A DNA stretch of 63,723 nt, the filler included, from Collodictyon triciliatum (Eukaryota): the NCBI GenBank assembly GCA_043381765.1. It is 9 parts of 9 records of this genome, joined end to end, with 100 filler letters (N's around TTAATTAATTAA, not from the genome) between each part and the next. Parts side by side here need not be neighbours in the genome. Positions count along the whole stretch, not along the records: positions 46,292 to 52,320 come from JBHJMP010003130.1; positions 52,421 to 57,214 come from JBHJMP010003132.1; positions 57,315 to 61,669 come from JBHJMP010003133.1; positions 61,770 to 63,723 come from JBHJMP010003251.1; 5 more parts are not named here. One strand, given 5' to 3'. The notes beneath the pieces are model-generated. The model was not told the origin of the DNA. It made no database searches and saw only the letters and a program-made list of their open reading frames with translations. Shown piece after piece: positions 50,858-63,723 of the stretch. Made by a program: the position numbers and the translations under genes. Each line of letters opens with the position of its first letter. Position 1 is the stretch's first letter.

Positions 50858-51895
50858 GAATAAGAATAATAAGAATAATAATAATAATAAGAATAATAAT
50901 AATCATAATAATAATCATAATCCTTTTGGTGTTGTTCGATCATGTGCTGAGTAAGTACTCTAAAAAAGAAAGTGAGCACAATAGTTTGTTGGAGCAGCTT
51001 TAATTGATTCACATTTTGATAAAGCCGACGAGCATTTGTTGATGCCTTACGTCCACATCGACACGGCAGCCGCAATGACAGGCGTTTCAAGATTTATGGA
51101 GTTAGGTCATCCGTGGAGGTTATCTATACATTCTAATCTGAATTGTTTTGGTCTTGCATACCATTTTGTATCGTGGCTTTGATTTATCCTGCTTTCAGTA
51201 CTTTTGTGTAGTTATTCCTTCCTCTTTCTAATTTTTATTTGATAAATTATCTGTTCATCAGCTACAGCAAGGATGAAACTACGCAAGAGTATACGAAATT
51301 CACGCATCTTGTGACAGAAAGAGAGAGTGTGGGCGGATTCCAGGTTGCTAGTAATCGATTCTGAAGCAATCACATTTACAAAGACCAAATGAAAATTTTC
51401 CAACAATTTGCTAATGTTTTTTTAAAAAGAGAAGACAAATGCAACCCTTGCTGACACAGTAGATTATTCGCTTTATGCCATTAAGTGCTTTAACTGAAAC
51501 AGCAACAAATATTAGTTAATCCGCACAGTCGAGGGTTTCGATTCCAGCAAAATCTGGGTATGCGCACCTCGAAATCGCCTCGTTCTATATTGCAGTCTTG
51601 TTCCGATTTTATATCTATTTTGCATTTTCAGTTTTAAACCAGGGTAATGCGAGAACCCAGCACAAAACAGAGAATGAATACAACATAACAACAAAAATAA
51701 TTGATAAAAATCAAACAACCACGATACACTTCTAATCGTCCTTCTTCTTAGGCACTAGAATATCCGCTTGTGCCAAAGATTTACATCCACCGCAGAGAGG
51801 ATTTGGCCTATCTTGACCACGGTGAGCCGGAAAAACATAACCACGAAGGAGAGCACCACGAGGCTCACAAGAAGGATTTGGATGACGAGTTCTGA
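46662..51895 (+). CDS. ALG12: p23/CS-domain + ALG12 (Dol-P-Man alpha-1,6-mannosyltransferase, GT22) apparent fusion, multi-exon
   Basis: CS/p23 exons: PNYKWGQRGDWIVLTF, YGLDLQLFAPI, KWPSLQK..KPDFD, acidic SDDESDD. ALG12 motifs: PFTKVEESFNLQAIHD, YDHHEFPGAVPRSF, FYMTRTLPNTF, WPEG, FVPHKELRFIFYVIP, SSFNYPGG, HIDTAAAMTGVSRF. Stop TGA at 51893-51895. ALG12 identity is strong; the fusion depends on a GC-AG intron at 47984-48092. Confidence 0.85.
50355..50413. repeat. (TTG)n intronic microsatellite
   Basis: Read directly. Confidence 0.95.
50761..50920. repeat. (AAT)n intronic microsatellite
   Basis: Read directly. Confidence 0.95.
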
Positions 51896-52213
51896 ACAAT
51901 TAGCATTCGAGAAGCATCAAATAAAACGAGATGTTTCTTTGACGTAGGGAGCGGATATGACCCGGGTTTCTGGGTTCTCTTCTCTTCTTGTCTTGTGAAG
52001 TCTTGTCATGCCTCTTCTTGTCCTGTCTTATCATATTTTCAATTTTTTTGTCAAAGACATAGCATTTTTGTTTATCTGCCGGCTGTCTGACTTGTCTTGA
52101 ATTCATATCGATGCCTCTGAATCCACATCGAGCTCGTCTGTTTTACAGAATCAATTTTAATGATGCGATGCTTTCAGCTGCTTGATTTCTTGACTATGTA
52201 AGTATATCTTTTC

Positions 52214-52252
<39 letters not shown>

Positions 52253-52263
52253 AAAAAATTATT

Positions 52264-52306
<43 letters not shown>

Positions 52307-52421
52307 AAGAAATACAAAAANNNNNNNNNNNNNNNNNNNNNNNNNNNNNNNNNNNNNNNNNNNNTTAATTAATTAANNNNNNNNNNNNNNNNNNNNNNNN
52401 NNNNNNNNNNNNNNNNNNNNT

Positions 52422-52525
<104 letters not shown>

Positions 52526-52606
52526 TTATTATTGATTGAAATATTGATTGATTTATTGATTTGTGTATTTTACTTGTCTATAACGGTTTCTTACCTATTA
52601 TGAAAG

Positions 52607-55600
52607 CAGAGCCCAATAGACAAGCTAGACCGGACAGAAGACGATGAAGGTAGGCACCATTTTTTCCCTCATCACGAATCTCTTGCTTTCATACATTTTT
52701 ATTATTTGTCGTCAATTTCTTCGTTGCATGCTATGTATATTGCAGACTACTTTTTGAGAGCTCATTCTTTCTACTCTCTTTTTTCTTTTCTTTTTCTTTT
52801 TCTTTTTCTTTTTCTTTTTCTTTTTCTTTTTCTTTTTCTTTTTCTTTTTCTTTCTGTTATGTTTTGTAGTTGATAAATCGAACCAGATATGCCATGACCT
52901 AGTGACGCAGGGTTCCTGCTCTTTGGAAGGAAACGGATGCGAATATAGCCATGATGTTTGTTTGGTTTCTACTTGACTTTAAAATTTTTTAACTTCGATA
53001 CTATTTTATTTTCATCCGAAATGTTGAATTCTAAACTGCTCACAAACAAATCAAACAAAAAAACCAAGAAAAAGCTTCTGACCATCAGATGGACGACCAG
53101 CAGCCTTCAGAGAAAACCTGACAAGTATATTAATTGTGTTTTTTCTTTCATGCAAAATTACATAGCATACAATTAGGCAACTTTTTATCTGTCCGATTTT
53201 CTTTCACAAATGCCTGAGTTGAATTTTTCAAAGAAATTACAAATGAAAAGATTATTATAATTTCTAATTGCTTGTGAATCCCACGATTACAAAGATCCCC
53301 GGAAAGCCACCCCATTCAAAGTAAAAAAATTTTTATATGTATTTGAAGACATATATATTTAACAAAACAGCAGCATTTTTTTTTAAAAAAAAGGCGATGT
53401 AACATTTCTAACGTAATATTCGTTTACACCCACGGTTCGATCACTATCATTCAAAACATGAAATGGATATCAGAATCTTCGACCACGGTACCATTGTTAT
53501 TTTCCCCTCTGCAAACGTATTCGCACACATGAAACACGCTATCTGCAAAAGAAGACCGATACGCACCCATTTTGCATAATTATATCAGTTTATAACACAA
53601 CCCCTCGGTTGGTCAATCCTAGGCCTCACCAGCACAAGTTCTCCATACAAACACAAACTCTCACAGCAGCCCCAATATCCTCGCTATAAAAACACCGCCA
53701 GCTGGTCACACACCCGGCCAGAAGCCATCTGTCACGCTTGGAAGCAGCCATTATGTTCCGATTTACGCAGAACAAAAAACGAATCAACCCTCCACACAAA
53801 CTAATGCTGAATCCGCAATCATCACACCAACCAAATCAACCACGCAAACAAATCAGTCAACACACCCACAGCAACAGTTGAAATCTCAGTTGGACGCACA
53901 CAATTCAAATCATCACACCGTATGGCCTCTGAACTCACCTGCCTCGCTTCAACCACCATTTTCGTCGTCACCGCCAGCATCGCTTCCATCAGGCCACCTT
54001 ACGTTTCAGCAAAATCAGCAGGCCAACCAAGGCATCCAGCGCAACCGCCCTCAAAACGTCTTGGCCATCGAGACACCCACAAATTCTAATCACCCACGCC
54101 TTGAAAATCCTCTGCATACTCAAAACTCTCGCCCTGCATACATCCCAAGAGAAGAAACAGAATCCACCGGCCTCCCACCCTTTCTCTCGCCAGACCCGAC
54201 CCCTCCATCGTTTACGCGTCACACAAAAGCGCCACAGCCTCTTCCGACTACAACTCTGCAACAACCACAACAACCTGCACAAAACCCGAGTGGATTCGCA
54301 GGGACACCAACTCAGAAGCGATTCACAGCCCCGAACTCACAACATCTTAATTACATGGCCATGGACACGAATGAACAGGTGAGATACCCACGCATGCAGC
54401 ACCCTCACCAGAGCCACGGATATCCAATTTTCGAGCCGGATCTTCCCACCCAGCAAGGCGTACTAAATCCAATTCCAAAAGGAATGATTACCGAGCGGGT
54501 GTGTTTCTCTCTCTCTCATTTCTGTGCCCGTATATTATTTGTGTTTTCGTCGACCTCAGACTCCCTGCTGTCCTTTTTGTTAAAAGATGAATATATATCG
54601 TGTTTTTTGAACACCTTTATCTACACAGCAAACGTCATATGGCGGAGTCATCATGAGAACAAATGCGAGCCTTGTCGATAAAGAGTCGAGGGCTCTGGAA
54701 TATAGGGATATTTTGTTAGAAAAGTCTCTGAACGTATTGCGATATTCAGAGATGAGTAAGTAAATCTTATCCATTTTTTTTTTATTGAGAAGGCAAACAA
54801 AAAAATAAATCTGATTGACAAAAAAATTGTTGAAAAAATTATTAATTTAAATACTATTTGTGATGCACTGCCTCCTTCACTCATTTGGCGGATTGATTCT
54901 CAAACATCCTAATATATTAGTATCAAGCGACCAACACTTTTTTATCGACCACTATGAGAGTTTGGCAAATATGGACCCAATCCCACCTGGCAGAGACAAA
55001 AGAATGGCGGGTTTCAAGGTGAAAATACGAATGCTACTTCTTTTTTTTTAAAAAAAAAAAGCTCCATACAAGAACCAGCGTGTCTATACTTTACTTTTCT
55101 GCAGCTTTATTGAACAAAAAAGGAAAATATTAGACGTCCATCTTCAAGGTTCTGTCTGGACACGACGGACGAGTATATGCCTTGCGCTACATAGACGGAT
55201 TCAGAACTCCTAATGATAGTGTATTCCATAATTATGTGACGAGGTATTTATATAAAGTTGCAGCAAGAAAAGTTCAGCCATCGTGAACAAAAAAAAAATA
55301 CAATCCATTCATTGATTCCCCTTAGCATTATTACAATTCAACTTTTATTGATGAGATCATGTCTCTTTTTAGCTTTTTTAAATTTGATCATTTAGATGGA
55401 GACGAATTTCGCATCCTAATATCGTAAAATGCAAAGAAATTTTTCTGCACAACGATGCTAACAGTCTTGGGGATTCTATTAGTATGGGGTTTTTCTTCAA
55501 AAGCGCCATGGGTTCAACTTCTAGCTTTATTGAACGTTGCGCACTAAACTCGTTACATTTGCACATATGCAGCATTGTGCATTTTAAGCGAATATTATAA

Positions 55601-57132
55601 CGGTTCCATGAGCTTGGAACAGAAGGCAGGCAGATGATATCATAACTAAGCATATCTCATAGTACATTGCATTTTCTTAACTTTAGATTTAAAAATAAAT
55701 AACTATAAGATTCATATTTTGTAACCAGATTGCCTCGTCGCATGGAAGAGGAATTATTACAGAGGCGCTTCTTTGGACCGTTGCTTTTCAACTACTGAAC
55801 GCGCTTCGCGTCATTCATAAAAAGTGAGTTTACAGAATGATAATTAACGTAGACAAAAAATCGAGAGTTTTACCATTCTTTTATGTCTTAGATAAGTCAA
55901 CCAAACTTTTTGATACTTTTTCTATGTTTCTGGGAACTAGTGGTTTAGCATATCGCCTTTCGGAGTTGAGTCACATTCTGATATCTGAGGATAACAGGTA
56001 ACATTTATCTTTCTTTTTTTAAACCGACGAGAAATATTATCGTTCGACCCAATCACTTACTACTATTTGTTAACAGAATTCGTTTGAGTGGGGCTGGTCT
56101 GGCCGATTTTTTAACCCCAAGCAAGAAACCTGTGGAGCAACTCCAGGTCATTCTTTATTTGAAGGAACTTAGAAAAAAAAACATGTTTATTGAATTGACG
56201 AATGTTTCATTACTTTTTTTTCTTTTCATAGTTTGAAATCATAATGTGGCTATTGACTCTGAGACAAATGAATGAGGGAATGAATTGTCTTTTATATGAT
56301 ACTGAGAAACGAGTTTGTCAACATTTTAGCAAGATGACCTTGTGACTCTTGGTGCGACCCTCTTTTGTCTTGGCTGTGAAAATATTGGTGCGGCAGGAAA
56401 TATGTCATCCTATATGGATGTTTTCCGAAGCAAATGCTCCTCGGAACTGTCTGGTTTGGTGTTCTATCTGATGCAGGTAAGGTGTGGATGTATCTATGTA
56501 TGTCTTTTTAGAGTTTCGACTCTGTTGGCCTTTTCTGGTCTTTACTAGAGCTTCTTTATATTTTGAAGCATTTATGAGTTGGGAATGGATAGAACGTGAT
56601 GGTAAAAAAAACCCCCATCATCACTTGATAAATCCAGAACACCACCACAAAATCAGTCGAAGATATATTGCGCACTTACTCTAGCCAGCTTATGGACGAA
56701 TACACAAATTCACTCTGGTATACACAAATACCCAATCTACGCGAATAAACTTGTATATCATTATGGTTATTTGATATTTTTTTCCATTTTTTTGTAGACT
56801 GATTTTTTCTTTAGCTTGAGGGACATATTGGAAAATCGAATATCGCAAGACATTGAGAGTGCTCGACTTTTTCGTCTGATGGGTCTGATGCCTTTTTTTT
56901 TCTTCACGTTTTTTTTGATGGATTTTACAAAACTCTTCATTGGTTATCTGTCTCACGCCTTTTCTCAACATGCGCATTTGCTAATACGAACCTAGTAAAA
57001 CTTGGGGTCATTAACGAGAGACCCGACCATCCGTTCATTTCAAACTGGTCAGAGACAGGGGAACGGTGAGTTTTCTTTTTTCTTCTGTTTCTCTCTCCCT
57101 TTTTTTTTTTTTTTTTTTTTTTAAAAAAATTG

Positions 57133-57177
<45 letters not shown>

Positions 57178-58081
57178 ACGGCCGTTTTTTTTTTTTTTAT
57201 TTAAATTTTTTTTTNNNNNNNNNNNNNNNNNNNNNNNNNNNNNNNNNNNNNNNNNNNNTTAATTAATTAANNNNNNNNNNNNNNNNNNNNNNNNNNNNNN
57301 NNNNNNNNNNNNNNTTTTTTATTTTGGTTTTTGGTTTTTTTTTTTTTTTTTTTTGTTCCCCCTTTTTTTTTTTTTTTTTTGTTTAAAAATACTGGGTGAA
57401 ACGTTATATATTTTTTTGTTTTGTTTACTTTTTGTGACTACGGCCGTATTCGATTTCTTAAATGAAACATTATTGTACCAAACAGCTACATGTTGAAGCT
57501 ATTCAGAGATTTTGTTTTTCACCAGGTATACTATGTCTATTGCTTATATATAATCTCTTATTTCACAAATGTCGATTTTGGATTCGTGTCTATTGAAGAA
57601 ACGAATTCTTTCTTCATAGATTGACGAAAGCGGGAAGCCTGTTATTGATTTGGGGCACATTGTCGATTGTTTAAACAAGGTAAGCCAAGATTATGCTCCT
57701 TTCAATTTCAAAGTATTTTCAATCATCTGCTTCAATTTCAGAGGCTTTGTGAGAGTAACTCAGATTTCCTTCTTTTTTTTCTATATTTCTTGTATCGATC
57801 ATTTCCAGTTGGATGCGGGATGCGATGAACGGATTATGTTAATGGACAGAGAAGAAAAGAACATCCTAGTTGTCACGTTTGTACTTGCGCTCAGTTGAGC
57901 ATTTAACCTTACAAATCAAGAATTCACCGGCGTTTTTCTTTCTTTTTTTCTTTTTTTTTTTTATTATCTTTTTAATGATTGGGGCTATGTAAAGGCAAAA
58001 ATTAAAATTAGATACAAGGATTTGAAAAAGAGCATCGAGCAATCGTTTGATGAGCTTATGGCTTTCGGTCGATTATCGTAA
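52607..58081 (+). CDS. PAN3: PAN2-PAN3 deadenylase subunit PAN3, multi-exon; start upstream of or in the gap
   Basis: CCCH finger CHDLVTQGSCSLEGNGCEYSH, then a P/Q-rich linker, then pseudokinase (DGRVYALR, WRRISHPNIV, EALLWT, IRLSGAG). C-terminal knob: LVKLGVINERP..WSETGER, YMLKLFRDFVFHQ, DLGHIVDCLNKLDAG. Stop TAA at 58079-58081. Confidence 0.95.
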
Positions 58082-58595
58082 CAAGTGATATGGAATGAAA
58101 GTGGTCAGAGTTACTCGTATTTTCGTAGCTTTGTTATCAGTCTGTCGAAAAAAAATAAATGGTGGTAAACATGGCAAACCATTCTAAGCAGATTTTTATT
58201 TTTTTTTATAATCACAGGTGAATGCAAGAAAAACATGGACAAAGAATATCAGAAAATCAGACATGATTGCAAAAAATTGTCAAGATTGGTATCACACAAC
58301 AACACCAGAAAAAAAATACGCTAATGAACCCATGTGCCATGATTGCGTCGTCTTCTGTTCTATTCCCATCCTGCCTCCTGCACTATTATTTCAATAATTT
58401 AATGTCCCTCTTTCCTCCACTCATCTCTAATTGTTTTATTATTGCATAAGGCACCATTCGAACCAAACAAAAATCAAAGCTCTGCAGTTTCACATGCTCT
58501 TTTACCAATCCAAAAAATAATTAAACAAACAAAATTATCTGGAAAGCATGATTGCTGCAGCTGAATTATATATACATATATTCATATAAATCAGA

Positions 58596-58693
58596 AACAA
58601 ACAAACAAACAAACAAACAAACAAACAAACAAACAAACAAACAAACAAACAAACAAACAAACAAACAAACAAACAAACAAACAAACAAACAAA
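58596..58693. repeat. (AAAC)n microsatellite
   Basis: Read directly. Confidence 0.95.
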
Positions 58694-59032
58694 TAGAGAT
58701 TTGTTTTCATATGCAAATATAATCTCCGAGCGTCAGTATATTTTAATTTAACGGCGCAGTCGTTTACAACATCCACCTTGTTTGTTTGCTTTCCGTTTTT
58801 TGAAAACAAAAGATAGAATTACGAAGCCGTAAAGAATATTGTTGACTGGGTTATGTGAACAGCCAAAACCCAGCATATCGACTCCACCGCGCAATCTCCA
58901 CCGTTCGCTGGTGACCTGGCCATACATCATTTTATCATTTTAATACATCGATTGATGCGCCGTGTCTCCAAATAAAGAATGAAAGCTGTGTCGAAATCAT
59001 GAAGCGCTTCACAGGTGCGTAGAGAAATTACT

Positions 59033-60561
59033 TTATCCCAAATGCCAATTATCCTGCAGGAGACTATCCAGGATGAGTTTCCCGCGGTGCCCCCAAATCG
59101 GATGGGCGATGGCGGCCTGCTCGTCGGCGATGGTGTTTGCAGCAGCAGCAGTGGTGATATTCTTTTTGTCGGAAAGGCCGAGCACCTTAATTCGTCGATT
59201 AATCCAGACGTTACGATATGATTTTTTTTCTTCTTCGTTTCTTACACAATGAAGATTGTATTTTAAAATAAAAGAATGAAAAGGAAAAGAAGAGTCCAAA
59301 AAAAAAAAAAAGAAGGTATAAATATAGCGTGTTTTTTTATTTTTTGTTTCCTTTTTAATGTGTATTATCATCCATTTCTTGTTTACTGATATTTTCTCAA
59401 TGTGTCAGAAAAGAATTCATACCATTTATTAATATCATCATTTATTTATATATTATTTGATTTCATCTGTTTCATTTGATATGCACCTTTTTGGTCACAA
59501 CAAACACTGCGTTGTCCCACTCGCGGTCAAAGTGGCGAATCTTTGCTGGGTCGTTGTTGACATAACCAAATTGTTCATCGGCGCACGTGACAATTCCCAT
59601 GCGGTTTGCTTTATTTCAGAGGAAAGACAGGTGAATCATGAATTATATATTGTGTTCTTTCTATTTCACTCGTCATTTAGTACTTAGAGCTTCCCTAATT
59701 ATGTTTTCTTTCTATGGTCGGATTGACCTTATTATTGAAAAAGAAAAGAAAAAAGAAAAGAAGAAAAAAGAAATGAAAAGAAATGAAAGGAAGAAAGAGA
59801 CTTACCCAAAAAGTCCGGGACATAAGTGATTCCTCTCTTGTGAATGGCCTCGGCATCGCGTTTGTCGTCCAAGAGTTGATTATTTGCAGCACCGCAGATA
59901 ATTTTGGCACGAATATTTGGAATGGTGCTTATTTACGAACGATTGGGTAAAACAATAATGAGACTAATTAGCCATCGCCATTTCATATGCTTATTTACAA
60001 AATATGTGCAATTATTTAACTACCGCATGTGTTTATTGATGTGTAAAAGAGTGACGATAAGAATTATAGAGAAGCAAGTGACTGATTTATAGATAGTGCC
60101 AGAATATTAAAGAATAAATTAGAAAAAAAAACTACTGATTTCTTGTGGTTTTTCACCCAAGTTAATAAATAAAGAATAAGTCTGAAAATGAAGGTTAAAG
60201 GGAAAGGAGATGGACAGGACAATGATAATAATTCGCATACTTTGGATTAAGGGTTCCACCGAGGGCGTTTGGAGCGACGATATCGACATCTTCGGAAAGA
60301 ATCGAGTGATCACCTTCTTTGATATGGCGAACAGCAAATCTGGGGTCTGTAATTCTCTTCTTGACGTACTCAACGCGGTCAGCATTAATCTCCGCGGCCA
60401 CGACCGATTTGACTCCACGCTACATAGAAACAAAGATATATGTAAACAATAATTGAAAGAAAATATGATTGCAAAGACGGCAGCAGTTTAAGAACATATG
60501 GCATGAAATATGATAAGTCACAGATATGTAAATTTCTATTTACTTTGCTTTATTTTTTATG

Positions 60562-60640
<79 letters not shown>

Positions 60641-61440
60641 TAAAGCAACATAAAGATTGAGCGTTGCTTCATTGAACTACAAGGACACTCAATCTACAAA
60701 TAAGTGCGCATGCACAAATATCATGACAACCTTGAGCAATTCCTCGGCCATGAAGGTGCTGACGTTTCCGATACCCTGCAACGCAATTCTCTTGCCCGAG
60801 AGACTTCCCAGTCCCAAGTGGTCAAGTGCACCTTCCATGGCACAGACGACGCCGATGGCCGTCGGATGGGATGGATTCCCGCTGCCTCCGAGTTCAGGCG
60901 GAATGCAGGTTGTGAATCGCGTTTGTCGGTAAACCTGAGTCACATCGTCAACAGTCACGCCAGCGTCTTCGGCAGTCACGTATATCCCGCGAAGGGATGT
61001 CATGAAGCGTCCAAACTCTTGGAAAACAGAATCGCGAAAATCTCTGATGTAAAAGAATGCAAGTTAATATAAAAAGAAAAAAGAAAAAAAAAGGAGAGAT
61101 TACATCTAAGTTTAACAATCTTCACTTGCTCAGTCATTTCAATTTTCATATTTCCAAAAAAAAAAAAAACATATTTTATTAGGTCGCTCATTTTAAGTTG
61201 GTGTAGTGAAAAAAATAAGCATATATCTTAAAAATAAAGCGGAATGAAAACCTGCGAGCCCATAGCTCATCTAGTTGGGGGCTGCGTGCGATGACAGCCT
61301 TTCCTCCGCCCCACCAAAGCCCAGCAAGTGCATTTTTACGGCACATCCCAACACTGAGACGGAGTCCATCCCGGAGGTAGTCTTCCATTCGGGTGTATGT
61401 CCAGAGACGAACACCGCCTGCGCTTTGGCCTCGAACTTTC
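59033..61440 (-). CDS. Glu/Leu/Phe/Val dehydrogenase (leucine-dehydrogenase-like), multi-exon; 5' end cut by gap
   Basis: AGGVRLW..DGLRLSVGMCRKNALAGLWWGGGKAVI, YVTAEDAG, GGSGNPSHPTA, IALQGIGNV, DIVAPNALGG, ICGAANNQL, YVPDFLANRMG, HPIWGHR. Stop at 59033. Confidence 0.93.
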
Positions 61441-61769
61441 TTCCCCAGAGAAGAAATCCAGCATTAATGAATGTTAATTAATTATCGTTACTCTTGCATG
61501 ATGAGCCAGTTAGTATTCACTCGAATATATCGCGTCTTATTTTTTTTTCGTGCATACAGAGATGATAACATAAATGTATATATTTTGTGTTTTTTCAATT
61601 GATTGGAAATATAATCCGATCCTGAATTCAAAATGGTTGTAAAAGAAAGCGCTCTGTCCGCGGTGTAAANNNNNNNNNNNNNNNNNNNNNNNNNNNNNNN
61701 NNNNNNNNNNNNNTTAATTAATTAANNNNNNNNNNNNNNNNNNNNNNNNNNNNNNNNNNNNNNNNNNNN

Positions 61770-61863
<94 letters not shown>

Positions 61864-61905
61864 TGTATATTAATTGCTATCGGGCCTTTCTTGTGTGGTC
61901 TACAG

Positions 61906-63723
<1,818 letters not shown>

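Noticed and set aside
57100-57450. Duplicated motifs (tgggtgaaa, actacggccgt) on both sides of the gap
   Set aside because: Probably overlapping low-quality contig ends inside a PAN3 intron.

Overview
This is eukaryotic (protist-like) genomic DNA, not prokaryotic. It has intron-rich genes with short AT-rich GT-AG introns (two inferred GC-AG), the standard genetic code, many microsatellites, eight 100-nt scaffold gaps each holding an artificial TTAATTAATTAA linker, and one 725-nt N gap. Genes reconstructed by hand, in order: a circularly permuted Ras (G3-G4-G5-G1-G2) fused to a Zn finger and vWA domain (cpRAS type); a single-pass membrane protein; decayed LRR-like and coiled-coil/NHL pseudogenes; a TPR-pentapeptide-WD40-Sel1 protein; PP6 catalytic subunit; an unknown coiled-coil protein; a Cache-HAMP-class III nucleotide cyclase; an AT-rich island with L1/Tx1-like retrotransposon relics and a small Zn-finger ORF; a divergent Rab-like GTPase lacking DxxG; two intronless PHO80/P-type cyclins; an apparent p23(CS)-ALG12 fusion; PAN3; a Glu/Leu/Phe/Val dehydrogenase; and GFAT. 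The best candidates for new biology are (1) nine near-identical 135-bp WD40 repeats that vary strongly at only a few codons, resembling an NLR/HET-E-like diversifying receptor, and (2) the p23-ALG12 fusion joined through an inferred GC-AG intron. Exon boundaries were read manually and family assignments come from motif recognition only; no database searches were run.
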